Positions 36,885 through 50,991 of a DNA stretch of 64,000 bases are shown piece after piece (position 1 is the stretch's first letter; every line of letters starts with the position of its first letter). The stretch is from Chara braunii. Its lineage: Eukaryota; Plantae; Charophyceae. Made by a program: the position numbers and the translations under genes. The notes below the pieces were generated by a model. It saw nothing but the letters and a program-made list of their open reading frames with translations. It ran no database searches and was not told the origin of the DNA. The DNA lies in NCBI GenBank assembly GCA_003427395.1, contig BFEA01000003.1:6071226-6135225 (forward strand), read 5' to 3'.

Positions 36885-38755
36885 CTCTTTGGTGTTGTGC
36901 AGTCGGGTTGCCCCAGAAGTGTTGCCTGGTCCTTCACTCAGTTGTTGCCTGCCACAATATTCCACTTGTGTTAATGCTTGTGGACAGTTTGTGATGAAAA
37001 AGTATCAACGGGTTGTGACAAGGTGCGATGATCAGTTTTTCTTATGTGGCTCTGATAGGATTAGTGAATGCGCCTTAGCGAACACGCTTTAGCGAACGTG
37101 CGTAAGTACTAGCGAAGGATCAAGGGTTGTGACAAGGTGCGTGGATCATTTTTTCTTGGACTTGCATCATACTATCGGAAGTTTGTGCCCCAATTTTCTA
37201 TTGTTGCCCACCCGCTGTCTAAAGTAACATGCAAGAACATATCTTACGTATAGGATGCAACATGGGAGACCACTTTTCAAGCCTTGAAAGAGGCCTTGGT
37301 AAGTTATCCTGTGCTCCACATTGCCGACTCCCAGCTTCAAGTCGTAGGCACTACGGATACGAGCTAGTATGGGATTGGCGCAGTGCTGCAACAAGATGAC
37401 GGTAATGGCTTGTGGTCGCTCGAGTACTACAGCAAACGCATACTCAACAAAAATGTAGCTACTGCCACCTACATGCACGAGGCATTGAACCATTGGAAGC
37501 ACTATCTTTTGGAACGCCATTTTAAGGTTTTCTGAGATCATGAGACCTTGAAATGGATCAAGGAGCATTCTACCGTGCCTCCTACGTTGACTCGCTGGTT
37601 TCATGAGATTGAAATTTTTAACTTTGAACTAAAACACAAAAAGGGTTGTTATAATCGAGTTGCTGATGCATTGTCTCGCCACCTCAAGTATATGACTTGC
37701 CTTGTGAACTCCAACCACTTCCGGAAAAAACTAAAGGAGGAGCTCGTGGAGCAAACTGACAAGGATTTGGACCCCAGTCCCATCCGTGAGCAGCAGAGGG
37801 CAAATGTTAGCAGTCAGGTTGATTTTCACAAATGTGGAGGACTGGTTAACCAGCGCTATTGAAAGAATGATTGTTTGTGTGTAACTAACCATAACCTCTC
37901 CGCAGACCCTTCTTGGATTTGGCTTACGGTCAAAGTCACTCAGTGGACACTTCGGCATGACAAAAACCTACGGAAACCTGTTACAACAACTTGACTGGCC
38001 TAGTATGATAGGATCTGCTGAAAAGTTTGTGATTGAGTATCGAGTTTGTCAACGAATCAAACCATCAAGGCAAAAGACCATGGGGCTGCTCAGACATCTT
38101 CCCATTCCCAACAGTCCCGGAGAGCCTATCTCTATCGACTTCATAGACATGGGAAAGAGAAGTAAGAATGCATATTCGCAAGTGACGGTGATTGTTGATC
38201 AAGTTTCCAAATTCCTGATTCTGATTTCATTGCCATCTTATGCCCAAATTGAACTCGTGATCCGTGAATTCCACCAAAAATACGTTATTCGGTTTGGGAC
38301 CTCGAAAACCCTTGTAAGTGATCGGGACCCGCACTTCATAAGTACTTAGTCGAAGGACTTCACGAACCAACTCCCTAGCCTCAAACTGAGTATGACATTT
38401 TATCGACATCCCGAAGCTAACGGTTTGGCTGAGCAAATTAACCACATTGTGTTTCAACACATCCTCGCTTTAATTATCCCAGAGCAGGAAACGTGGGATG
38501 AAGAGTTGTATTCGGTCAAGTGGTTATACAACGACGTCATTCATTTGTCTAACGGCATGAAGCCAAACAGGCTGCATTACAGATGAAAGTTCCGTTATCC
38601 GCTCTTGTACTTATTCCTTGGACAACCGGTTGATCTAACGCCTGACAGGCTTGACTTCAACGCAAAGTATGATTGCTTGCTTACGAATATTATTGCAGCA
38701 ATAACCAAGCGATAACACGTCATGATCCGTCATGCGAATAAGAAGCACACACCTT

Positions 38756-39032
38756 CTTTGTGTCCGAAATTTGATTCAACGGGGGTTTGGAGTTGAACGA
38801 ACCCCCGTTTCAACTCCGCGTTATACCCCGTTACAACGTGGTACAACGCGGCCCGCGGAAATTTTTTTTGCCGCCAAAAAATAACTAAAAAAAAAAACAA
38901 ATATATGTGGGTGTAGATTTTTTCCCTCTCTACATCCCCATATTTTTAATTGTATTTTTTGAGCATTTAAATTATTTTTAAAAAATCAAAAACAAAACCA
39001 GACTCAAAACACAGATTTTTTTTTCTTTTTTT

Positions 39033-39097
<65 letters not shown>

Positions 39098-39798
39098 ATT
39101 GGTGGGGGATGGGTCGCCCCCCCCACCCCCACCCAATCACACACACACACACACACACTGTATCCCGACTTTCCCATCCCTATCCCGACTTCCCTCCTCC
39201 CCGTATCCCGACTCTNNNNNNNNNNNNNNNNNNNNNNNNNNNNNNNNNNNNNNNNNNNNNNNNNNNNNNNNNNNNNNNNNNNNNNNNNNNNNNNNNNNNN
39301 NNNNNNNNNNNNNNNNNNNNNNNNNNNNNNNNNNNNNNNNNNNNNNNNNNNNNNNNNNNNNNNNNNNNNNNNNNNNNNNNNNNNNNNNNNNNNNNNNNNN
39401 NNNNNNNNNNNNNNNNNNNNNNNNNNNNNNNNNNNNNNNNNNNNNNNNNNNNNNNNNNNNNNNNNNNNNNNNTACCCCGCCCTATCCCGACTTCCCCACT
39501 CCCCCTACCCCTATCCCGACTTCCCCACTCCCCCTACCAATCAATCAATCAATCAAAAGAGAAAAAAAAGAAAAAAAAAAAAGCGGGAAAGCCTGCTTTC
39601 GAACCCGACCTTTTTTTTTCTTTTTTGATGGATTGATTGATTGATTGATTGATTGGTAGGGGATGGGTCTCCCCCCCACCCCCCACCCAGATCCATCCCC
39701 TACCAATCAATCAATCAATCAATCAATCATAAAAGAGAAAAAAAAGAAAAAAAAAAAAGCGGGAAAACTCGCTTTCGAACCCGGCCTTTTTTTTTCTT

Positions 39799-39837
<39 letters not shown>

Positions 39838-39881
39838 AGGGGATGGGTCGCCCCCCCACCCCCCACCCACACCCATCCCCT

Positions 39882-39918
<37 letters not shown>

Positions 39919-40171
39919 AAAAGAGGGAAAAAAAAAGAAAAAAAAAAAGCGGGAAAACCCGCTTTCGAACCCGGCCTTTTTTTTTCTTTTATGATTGATT
40001 GATTGATTGATTGATTGGTAGGGGATGGGTCGCCCCCCCACCCCCCACCCACACCCATCTCCTACCAATCAATCAATCAATTAATCAATCAATCAATCAT
40101 AAAAGAGAAAAAAAGAAAAAAAGAAAAAAAAGCGGGAAAACCCGCTTTCGAACCCGGCCTTTTTTTTTCTT

Positions 40172-40210
<39 letters not shown>

Positions 40211-41169
40211 AGGGGATGGGTCGCCCCCTCACCCCCCACCCACACCCATCCCCTACCAATCAATCAATCAAGCAATCAATCATAAAAGAGAAAAAAAAAA
40301 AAAGTATGTGCGTATGCCGGCGTGTGCATTCTGTTTTATGTGTCCTAGGTTGTTTAGGCCAAAGTCGAGTCTAGGTTGCTCATTATGAAACTAAAGGTGA
40401 TGTCCGTGTGTATTGTGGTGTGCCCATGTGCGTATGCCGGTGTACCTATGGTCGTTTCTTTTTGTGTTTAGTGTGTATGCACGTGTATGTGCATGTGCAG
40501 GTCGTTTCTGTTTGTGTTTAGTGTGTATGCACGTGTATGTGCATGTGCAGGTCCGAGTCTTGGGTGGCGATGTGCAGTTTGTGCGCGTATCTCTGTGCGG
40601 GTGCAGGTGTGGAAGTGTTTATGTGTGCTTGGGTGTATGTTGTGTGTTTGCCTTGTGTTGTGTTCGTCTGCAAGTGTGCATGTCTGCAGACGTGTGTGCA
40701 CATGCTCTGGCTTGCGCGTGTGCATTGCGAATTCTTTCGTTGTTAATTTTTTGTCTTTTTAGTTTGTGAGCGTGTGCAAACGTCTGCTTCTTTGTGCCCG
40801 TAGCTGGCAACCTCGTTGGGCCGTTCGCTGCTTTGTGCAACGACAAAGTTTCCGTTTATTGTGAAGGCAACCACTTGTGGGCAAGTGCCGTGCGGAAGTG
40901 CCGGTTGTGGTATGATGGGAGGCATAACTGGGACGAGGTGGGGTTGAAGGGACGAGAATTGGGCAAGACGATAACGATACCCTGATACCCTGTTTGATGG
41001 GCCATAGGGCCACTTCTGTACACGCTGCTCTGTTTTTTGCTATACGCTTACTGCCATAGTTCAGGGTGATTTGTTGAAAAATCTACTGGGCCTTGTGCAT
41101 TGGACTATCAGCTGGAGTTGTTTGCCTGTTTACAGATATGGGTGCTTGACCAACCGACTCGTATGCCTC

Positions 41170-41231
<62 letters not shown>

Positions 41232-41273
41232 GGCGGATAGGTCGCACCCCCAACCCCCACCCAATCACACACA

Positions 41274-41322
<49 letters not shown>

Positions 41323-41379
41323 TCTATCGCCGAAGTTGCCCGGGAGCCCGCGCAACTTCGGTGAGAGAAAGTGAGTGTG

Positions 41380-41445
<66 letters not shown>

Positions 41446-42203
41446 NNNNNNNNNNNNNNNNNNNNNNNNNNNNNNNNNNNNNNNNNNNNNNNNNNNNNNN
41501 NNNNNNNNNNNNNNNNNNNNNNNNNNNNNNNNNNNNNNNNNNNNNNNNNNNNNNNNNNNNNNNNNNNNNNNNNNNNNNNNNNNNNNNNNNNNNNNNNNNN
41601 NNNNNNNNNNNNNNNNNNNNNNNNNNNNNNNNNNNNNNNNNNNNNNNNNNNNNNNNNNNNNNNNNNNNNNNNNNNNNNNNNNNNNNNNNNNNNNNNNNNN
41701 NNNNNNNNNNNNNNNNNNNNNNNNNNNNNNNNNNNNNNNNNNNNNNNNNNNNNNNNNNNNNNNNNNNNNNNNNNNNNNNNNNNNNNNNNNNNNNNNNNNN
41801 NNNNNNNNNNNNNNNNNNNNNNNNNNNNNNNNNNNNNNNNNNNNNNNNNNNNNNNNNNNNNNNNNNNNNNNNNNNNNNNNNNNNNNNNNNNNNNNNNNNN
41901 NNNNNNNNNNNNNNNNNNNNNNNNNNNNNNNNNNNNNNNNNNNNNNNNNNNNNNNNNNNNNNNNAACACACACACACACGCACACTGCGGCACACACACA
42001 CACACAGAGGGTAGTTTTTGTACTTTTTTTTTTCACTTTTTTTTTTCCACGTGTCCGAGGCCCATTGGGCACGACCCGTTGATCGGATTTCAACGAGAAG
42101 CCCCCGTTGTACCGTTCAACGGGGATTCAACTCGGGCCTCATGGCCGTTCAACGGGTTCAACGGAGTTGAATAAATCCCGTTGCGAGTTGAATAGACACA
42201 CAG
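38756..42203. mobile_element. Large non-autonomous TIR element with CT...AG termini inserted in the Gypsy integrase
   Basis: Ends CTTTGTGTC/GACACACAG; perfect 8-bp TSD CACACCTT (38748-38755, 42204-42211); integrase frame resumes after it. Confidence 0.87.
39630..40300. repeat. Tandem array of about 180-bp self-complementary units
   Basis: (GATT)n-ggtaggggatgggt...acccatcccctacc-(AATC)n-A-run-gcgggaaaacccgctttcgaacccggcc-T-run, about 4 copies. Confidence 0.9.
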
Positions 42204-42324
42204 CACACCTTTGACTATCAAAGTGGGAAGTTATGTCTAGGTCAAGATGTTTCAATTTTTGAACGAAGAGGGGGTGTGATGCAAACTTTTCCCTCTCTAT
42301 TATGTTCTATCGGAAGTTTTGGAC

Positions 42325-42543
42325 CTTTGTAGCACAATGAACATGTTCGGAGCTTTTCCGAAAGTTCGAACATGTTCGTATGTGCGGTCGAACGCATTTC
42401 GAACGTGTTCGGTTTAACATATGTAAAAAAAAAAATAAAAAAATTAGGTTTTTTTTTTTAACTCGAGTTCGGTTACGAATTGAGCATACCTCCCAGGCTC
42501 CCTGGCAAAAGTTCATAGTATTATTTTACATAACATATATTTT

Positions 42544-42583
<40 letters not shown>

Positions 42584-42661
42584 ATACTTTTATGTTTGCG
42601 TTCAGAGTGTTTTGGCGGTTGTTCGGGTTCGGTCACCGAACCTGAACACGACGCTACACAG
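42325..42661. mobile_element. MITE with CTTTGTAGC...GCTACACAG termini
   Basis: Interrupts the integrase C-terminus; flanks ttttggac/ttatgaac (6/8 match); subterminal gttcg repeats. Confidence 0.7.
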
Positions 42662-43111
42662 TTATGAACGTAATTGGGGATAATCAGTTCGGTTCTTCAT
42701 ACGTAATTGTTATGTTTTCTCATCTGTGCACGTATCAAGTCTAAGTTATTTATACATCATGATGGTAAAACCTTCAAATATTGTGAGAACATGATTCCTC
42801 ATGCAATCAATGGCGGTCACAAGATAGATAGAATTAAAAATCACATTGGCAAGGGACGTAACAAACAATATCAGGTTTATTTTATGTATGACCCGTTGGA
42901 TGATCTCTACTGGATCTCTAAGGAGGAACTGCTTTGCATCGCACCTCACGTTGTGAAAAAATACAAATTACAGATTGCTTTCGATTTCTACAAAACTCAC
43001 TCCCATAGAGTACTCCTGGAATCTCTTCGCTATATTCGCTTGCGACGCCTTTGTCTAAGACTCGGAACGAGTTACTCGCTCTTACGGATCTCGCTCTTGA
43101 GTGGGGGGTAG

Positions 43112-44379
43112 TGTGATGACTTTCCAAACAGGGACTGAGACACACAACTGATTACCGAGTTTTTCCAATGGAATGTATGCCTTGCTGAGTTTCCCGCTTG
43201 TTGGTGGGTTTTCTAAGTCTGAGTGTGTGCGTGCATGTTGATCTTCTTGCCTGTTTGAACACTTCGAGTGTGTGTGTGACCCGCAAGGGTACTTGACCGT
43301 GCGGGAGGCCCGAGGGGCCAATACTTCCCTTATGGCCGTGACATTGAGGGTTGCAGTGGGAAAAACACTCAAGTGGCGGGGAAACAGGCACGCAAGAGTT
43401 CAACAGTGGAAAAACACTCAAGTAGCAGGTAGGCCGGTACCGTACCAAAAAGAGGTAGATATGTCGGGTACTCGAGGCCGAGCAGAAGAGGACCGCGACA
43501 AAGTTGGTATTTTTAAAGACCCAGTAGTTGTAGGCTAGGTATAGGCGGGTAATTGTCCAACCAGTCTGAGTTTAGGGCATGTACGAGGAATATCAAAGTC
43601 TGCAATGATGTTTCCCGCCGAATAGGAGGAGGCACCGGTTGCTTCGAGGTCGCGCGACCTAGGAAGTCACTCGCCAAGAGGCAAGCAGATCGCGATATCT
43701 CCAAGAGGAGCGAAGTGCTCCTCATTGTCGTTGTGCAAGTTTGGCGACACTCTGGTTGGAGCGTTAATTGTAGCAGCCCTAGCATTAGAGCAGAGTTGCT
43801 AAGGGAAGGACCAAGAACAGGAGGAAGAGGGAGACAAGGACTAGGAAGGGAGTGTGAGGGGTATTTACCAGGGTATGGCGGTTGCCATCTTTATCACCGT
43901 GGTGGGCGCTGCAGCAAGAAGGCCACAGTGGAGAGGCAGCGTCTGGCATGGCGACCTGAGCTAGAGCAACCATAGTTGCTTAAGTTTTCTTTTGCACATC
44001 AGGGCAAGACCCTAGTAGTCCTTTATAGCCCCGGCCTTCAAGAAGAGGAACGAGAAGGGTGGTCATGGCTATGGTGGACCTCATGTGATACCTGCAGTAG
44101 AAGAGGGATTCGAACATTGATTCTGGTTCAGTCATTCAACATTATTATCATTATTTCTTGTTGGAATAAGAGAGGGGAAGAATTAAGGAGGAAGAGAGTA
44201 TTGGCAAAGATAGAAATTATCATTGGTCATTGTTGGTGTACATCTTCTTCTTCTTCTTTCTTCCATCTTCTTCTCTTTTTTCCCTCTCTCTCCTCTCAAG
44301 TTCATTCATTTCTTTTTCAATTGGATGACATTGTACTTTCTCATAAATGTGTATTTCGATATTGTGCACGATCATAACA
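43112..44379 (+). mobile_element. 3' LTR of the Gypsy element (1268 bp)
   Basis: Preceded by purine tract gagtggggggtag; begins TGTGATGA and ends TCATAACA. Confidence 0.8.
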
Positions 44380-44478
<99 letters not shown>

Positions 44479-44551
44479 NNNNNNNNNNNNNNNNNNNNNN
44501 NNNNNNNNCGCACACGCTTTCTCGCCCCCTCCCCCTGTAACTGTTTTTCCC

Positions 44552-44589
44552 CTGTCTCTTATACACATCTAGATGTGTATAAGAGACAG
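44552..44589. other. Nextera mate-pair junction adapter (assembly artefact)
   Basis: Exact CTGTCTCTTATACACATCT+AGATGTGTATAAGAGACAG next to a gap. Confidence 0.98.
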
Positions 44590-45364
44590 GTGTGTGTGTG
44601 TGTGTGTGTGTGTGTTTGTGTGTGGTTGTGCCTGGAGAGTCTGGTTAGTGGCAGTATTGTTATACGGAACCTCACACCCAGTGCGGCGTGCCGTACCTAT
44701 GGGATGACTGTCATAGTAGGTGGGGCGTAACCGAGGATTTTGGGCGGGGGATTGAACCGTCAAGGCCAAACTAGGGTTCTTACTCCTGTTCCGAGGATTC
44801 TTCGAGAAACACTGGCCGACAGTGTAAATTTCAAAATTGTGGAAGTCACATGAAGGAGAGAGGCAAGACATTTCTAAAACTCTGATTCTGGACTTTACGA
44901 CAAATGCACAAAATTGAAACCTTCTTTTTTTTTTCTTTTTTTTTTTGGATAGATGGCTTCGTTCCATTGGTGGGGAGCTGCACCTGCTCGAAACCGGGTC
45001 CAGCGTCCCTTTACATTATCAATAGTGTCCATGCTGGAAACCGGGTCCAGCGTCCCTTTGACTCGTCAGTACCTCAAAACAGTTGACAGCTCTTGCTGGG
45101 AACCGGGCCCAACGTCCCCGAACGGTTTTAAGTCAAGAGAAAATGAAGGATTGAGAATTTTGTGTCTCTTCACCCTGAACGGGCGCCAGCTAAACGTGAT
45201 CACCAAGCACTTCATTCTCTTTTCTAAACTGCCTGATTTTGACTCGTTGCCTTGATGGGGCACTCAGATGAGAGAATCTAAACATCCTTCCTCCGAATCC
45301 CTGAGTCTGATGCAGACCTTGGTCAGAGAGAATAAAAGTACTAATGATGGATTCAAACAACATC

Positions 45365-48300
45365 TTACAGAAACCATGAGATTGGAACCAATGGCATATC
45401 TGACGGGGGAAAGGGATCTGGAAAATCTTCTAGTGGGCTCATTGGGATGCTGGGATCAATCTCACACCAGTTATGAAAGGTAAGACAGTAATTCCAAGAA
45501 TCCTTCTCTGAACCATTTCCTTGCTTTTTCTCCCATTCCACCTTCCCCACCTTCCCTCCCTGTTCCCCTCCAAGCCAGTCTTGATTAAATGTTAGGATGT
45601 GATGTTTGATATCTCTTTCTTGGGAGAAACATTTTAACTTTTCCTTCTGTAATTCCCACTTAGTTGTGATTTCCACCTGAATTTATTTCTTGATGGTATC
45701 AGTAAATTCCGGACCATCAAGCTGCGCCCCCTCCATCTCATAGGTACATCTGCGAACCCACAATGGCCATATAACCGCTCTCCTAGCAATCTTAATTTTT
45801 TTTTTGGTGAAATTATCCACTTGTGTCGGATTCCAAGATTCGAGTAGTAAGGCTTTCCAATTCCATGGTCACGGGAGAGATGCTCCAATCTGGTTCCAAA
45901 TTCTATCCCACCAGCACCATAGCCACACCGAACCTGGGCATTGCAGGAATATGTGTTCTAGTGTTTCAGGGATGAGTTTAGAGGGGAAGGCAGATTTACA
46001 GAATTTACACCAGGGGGATGTTTTTCCTTTCTGTTCCAGTGAAGTTCTGTCAATAAGTCAGTCGTTAGTAGGAAGACAACAATGGCCTATTTGTCATTGA
46101 AGAGAGGCAATTTTTGCAGGTTTTGTTTTGGACAGTTGAAACCACTTGATTGAACGTAATTCTTCTATATTCACCCTTAAATGATTCATCCATCGATACT
46201 GCACTTTGTCCTTTAGGCCTACCTTAGGCCTAAGCATCTTATATGCAGATTTAACCGATAAACTATGAAGCATCCTGATATGCGTTGGTCCTGTTGGGGT
46301 GTGACATGACCAGGACCAGCAGATTGGGTCAAGTGGGAGATGGGAAATGGGGGTGTCCGACATATAATCAAACAGTTTTTCTTCGATTGAAAGCACTCTG
46401 ATTCGAAAGAGAGTGTCCTGCTTGAACCACCCTGTCTGCTGGTGAGATCTTGGCGTGAGAAACCCATTTTCCCCTAACCTAAAAAGCTTCAGCAGGGCAT
46501 CCCCAGAGGTAGAAATTTCCAATACGTTTCCCACTATTCCTTGATGTGCCAAATTAGACACCCAGTCTTTTAGAGACAGAGTCAGTCCTTTCTTAAGTAT
46601 TCTAATCCAATCCAAAGGTATTATATCAATTATTTTTTCCAGAGCTTCTATTGGGTAATGACAATATGTCAACCTATCATGGAACATCTGTGGGCTAATC
46701 CAGTCCTTTTCCGCTATACTCCATATATCCTTCACTCTAGTAATTCATTTTTTTATCCACCCTTTCCAAGGTGATGCTGCACAATCGAGGGTGCAGCCTT
46801 GAGAATCTCTGATCAATAAGTTATTAAAAAGCGGTTGTTGACAAACCTTTTCCCATCTTTTTGGTAGTACTTTATCTGGGAGAGGAAGCTTTCTCCAGAC
46901 CTTGAGTAAATCGACCTAGAAGGAGTCGTTAGCTAAGTCTGCCCTAGCCGTTTGATGATCTGAGGGATCAGAAATCGGGACCACTTAGGAGGGTTTTTTG
47001 GGGAGAGACCATGATCTATTTTCCAGCCACATCAGAGGGTCCAGTTCTTCTGCAGTGGGTGGGGCTAGCCTCCTAATTTGTTCACTAGCCAATTTGTTCC
47101 AGGGGGTCTGAGGGTTGAAGAGTAACCGCTTAATCCATTGGATTAAAAGGGCCATGGCTTGAGTGGTGGGATCAATGATCTCAAGGCCACCTTTCCCTTT
47201 AGGTTGGATTATAGATAACCATGCTACTCTACTAATCACATTAACACTTTCATGCTTACGACGTCATAGAAAAGCAGCAAGCTGACGTTGGAATGTCTTT
47301 ATGGCAGGTTTGTCCAAGGTCCATATTGCTGATTTATACCAAATCGAGGCTAACACCACATTGTTGATAGCAAGAGTTCTTCCAAATCAAGAAGTATGTG
47401 TATCCTTCCATAATTTCAATTTGGAAAGTGCTTTATCCATAATCATTGCATTATTAGTGATTGGTTTTCCTTGAGCAGAAAGGGAAATCCCCAGGACCCT
47501 TATTGGGGTCTCTGGCGAAATCCATTTAATACTGGGTCTATCCGGTGGTCTACCTCCTTGATAGTGGAACCAACATCCCAACATTTTGTTCCCCAAGTTG
47601 ACTCTCATGTCAGAAAGCTTACAAAATTTATCCATCACTCTCTGGATGGCCTCCATATTTTCTTTAGAGGCATCAACCATTATGGATAAATCATCTACAA
47701 ATAAGGAATAAACTGGAATAGCATTCTCAGGAATGGTAGTAACCCTGATTCTCTTGATATCCTTATGTTGGCGGATGTTGGCAGCTAGGGCTTCCATAAT
47801 GATTACAAACAATAAAGGAGCAATGGGGTCTCCTTGCCTGACCGATCGCTATAAAGAAATGGGAGGAGCCACATTACCATTCAACATTACCTTTGTCGTT
47901 GCATTTTCATGAAGGATCTTAATCCATCTTATAAAATTGGGCCCGAAATTGAATTTATCCAGACATTTGTCCAAAAAACTTCAGTCAACATGATCATATG
48001 CCTTTTCGAAGTCTATGAAAATAAAAGTGGCATTATGTTTAGATTGTCTGGATAATTTAATTAACTCATTAATTAACAGGATATTATCCTGAATGTTTCT
48101 TCCTTGTATGAAACCTGTTTGGGAAGGATGAATAATATCCGCGATAAATTTATTAAGACGTGTTGTTAGTGCTTTTGAGATCATCTTGTAAAGTACTGTA
48201 AGAAGAGTAATGGGGCGGTAGTTGCGAATATTATATTTGTCTCATTTTTTATATAATAAAGTTAGGACTCCTTGTCCCACAAATTCTCCCATCTGACCTG

Positions 48301-49974
48301 TTTCCCATACTTTATGATAGAAGTCCATTAGATCCTGTGATATAAATTCCCATGTGGATTCCCAGAATTCTTTAGGGAGACCATTAATTCCAGGAGTTTT
48401 TTCCTCGTCCATCGGCAAAAGCGCGGCCCAGATTTCGTTTTTAGTTATCAGTTAATCGAGTTGTTCCCTTTGAGACTCTGAGAGAGATTTAGTCACAGGT
48501 ACCAGAAATTCATCAATTTCTTTATATCTCTGGTTATCATTTGCATTATTTATTTCAGACGTAAATAGTTCTTTGAAAACATCTCTAGCTATTTTGGTGC
48601 ATTCTGATGTAGAAGAGGCTATTTGCCCATTTGGATTTTGAGGGTGAGTTAGACCTTCAATGATTGTTCTCCCTACTCTATCTTTGGCCATTGCAAAAAA
48701 TTTGGCATCCATACCCCCTTCTGTCTGTAATAGGCTGATTTTTCCTCTAATTCTGACACCCTGCCAGCGATGTTCCATCAGAGAAAGTAATCTATCTTCA
48801 AGTTTCTTTAGTTCTTGAGCTATGGCTTCCTCATTGTACGTATTTTGATGATCTTCTTCCATTAATTGAATTTGTTGGATTCTTTGTAGTATTCTAGTTT
48901 CATTGGAGTGTCTGTCAGCGGCAAGGAGTTTGGAAAATTCATTGCATTTACGTCCTAGAAAATTTAGACCGTTGTTGAACCATATAACATCATCTTGTAT
49001 GTTATCTTTTTAACTTTGCCAGAAACTCCATACGTCCTTTAGATAAGACCGAAAACGTTCCATTTTGAGAAGAGATGTATTGAGTTTGTAGTACCCTACT
49101 ACCCTCTCTCTTGATCCGGTTTCTTAGAAAAGGAGAGGATGACTATACACTAGCATGATCAAGCCCTGCAAAAGGGCTCTTGGGAAAAAGACCCCTGTAA
49201 TTCTTCCGAGAGAAGGATTAGGTCAATGCGAGATTTGGTAACCATCGCGGACTGATTCTTCCTAAAGCATGTAAATGTGCGCAGGTTAGGGTTTAGTCTC
49301 CTATAAGAATCAAAAAGATTGAAGGATTGGGTAAGATTAGTGCTCAACACTTCATCCGCTTCTACATAGGCCGGACATGGATGCGGGATGCGCCACCGAT
49401 CAAGGTTACGATCCGGGGCGGCGTTGAAGTCACCAGCAATAATCATTGGGATACCTACCGGTAATTTGGGGAAGAGGGATTCAAAGAATTGTTGTCAATT
49501 ATTTACTTCATTGTGTCCATAAACGCAGAGAACAATCACAATCTCAAGGTTAAACATCGCTAAAATATAAGTCCATCTCCCCTCGTCCTTATCCACCTCC
49601 CAGTAGACTGGATCCGCCCTAGACCCTAGTGGGATCCATATAGCCACTCCTGCACTCCCTGGACGCGGTGCATGGGCTGTAAATGATGTATAGGACCATA
49701 TTTGTTTATGGCAGTGATTATGAGATTCGGTATCCATGAGGTGAGTTTCTTGGATACATATAATGTCTGGTCATTCCTTCCCACCTATTCCTTTTAATTC
49801 ATCGAATATAGCTTGTTTCTTTTCAAATTTGGCTGAAGCAAGGCCATTGACATTCAAGGATCTCAAATCCAAATCTGCTCGTCTTTTAGTGTCCTTCCAA
49901 TTTCTGCACTTATTATACAGGCAGTCTATCGCCTGGGACCTATCCGTCCTTGAAGTTGTCATTGTTAATAACAA
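45365..49974 (-). pseudogene. LINE ORF2 (APE-RT-zf-RVT) with stops and frameshifts
   Basis: Colinear with 2935-7422 from the start (ADLDLRSLNVNGLA) to the C-terminal IPMSPLEDFPDPFP motif. Confidence 0.9.
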
Positions 49975-50027
49975 TCACCAAACGAACACAAAAATGTATA
50001 AGTAGAATTATACTAAAAAGGAAGAAT

Positions 50028-50603
50028 TCAGCAGCTCATCCAAGGGCCCAGATCGAGCAGGCCGCCTGATATTAAACTGCGATGTCCAAGGAGGCAAACT
50101 AGAAGTGTATTAACATCGGTTTCCGATGAGAAACCACTCGCCTTCACCTTCAAAAGTTGTAGATCATTTAGGAGATCATGATTGAACCACTTGAGCTCAA
50201 CGTGTTTTCCTACATCAAACTTCAAATCCACATCCCATCCCGCCAGTCTTTTTTCTCCTTCGGTTAGAAACAGGATTGTTGTTTTTCCTTGCGGGAAATT
50301 TTCTGTGATATATCTGTTGATTACGTCCTTGACAGAGTGGTCTGTAGCAGGCTGCCTATTCTTCATGGGTAATGGATGGGGTGGGAGGGAAGTGCCCAAG
50401 ACTGTGACTTCCCCGTAGACAGCATTTTTAGGAATCGATAGGCCTACTTCCCACACACCTTCCTTACACCCAACCGGCACAAAGACCATTCCCACATTTA
50501 CCGGGGATAAGCTATCTTGGCCTTTCGCCAATCTCTGCTTCAATTTTTGTCGTTTCGTAAAGAGCTCATTAGTGGAGTAAATGGAGAACTCCCGCAAAAG
50601 CAA
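50028..50603 (-). pseudogene. LINE ORF1 C-terminal domain (191 open codons)
   Basis: Immediately upstream of ORF2; homologous to 2440-2906(+). Confidence 0.72.
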
Positions 50604-50686
50604 TGAAACTAGCGCCTAATCTATATGTGGTTCAAGCAACGCTTTTCCTGCGGACCAATGAGACGAGATACTTTACGCCTATGTGA

Positions 50687-50946
50687 CACCTGTGGCCTAG
50701 GCCGTGGGCAAAGCGGTCGCCGCGGCCGGAAAAGTTGGTCACGGCCTCGACCAGGAGGTCTACTTCATAACTCGTTTTTTTGGTTTTTCCTGGATAGCGG
50801 GGGGGGGGAAACAAGTTTAAAAAAAAATGGTTGTACGGTTTGCAAAACCCTACAAAACCCCTACAACCCTATAATTTTGTTTTTTATTTTGACTTGATTT
50901 TAATTTAAAAAAAAATAAAAAACAAAAAATTCAAAAATCGATTAAA

Positions 50947-50991
<45 letters not shown>

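Larger units (their letters stand above)
37190..44379 (+). mobile_element. Decayed Ty3/Gypsy (chromovirus-type) LTR retrotransposon, 3' half, with nested insertions
   Basis: RNase H region (TDTS*YGIGAVLQQ, HWKHYL, NRVADALSR), integrase (GHFGMTKTY..CQRIK, ISIDFID, LVSDRDPHF, HPEANGLAEQIN), chromodomain-like segment at 42820-42970, PPT and LTR. Confidence 0.9.
44925..50620 (-). mobile_element. Degenerate L1/Tx1-type LINE (copy 2, divergent family), 5' part missing or interrupted
   Basis: Poly(T) at 44925-44946; ORF2 remnants (RSLNVNGLA, CVYG, AGDFN, SRIDLIL, FIDFEKAYDHVD, LFVDDL, zf-RVT CKFCKS); ORF1 C-terminus at 50028-50603. Confidence 0.93.

Noticed and set aside
44552-44589. Tn5 mosaic-end palindrome as a real bacterial transposon or horizontal transfer
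   Set aside because: Exact match to the library junction adapter, beside an N-gap.
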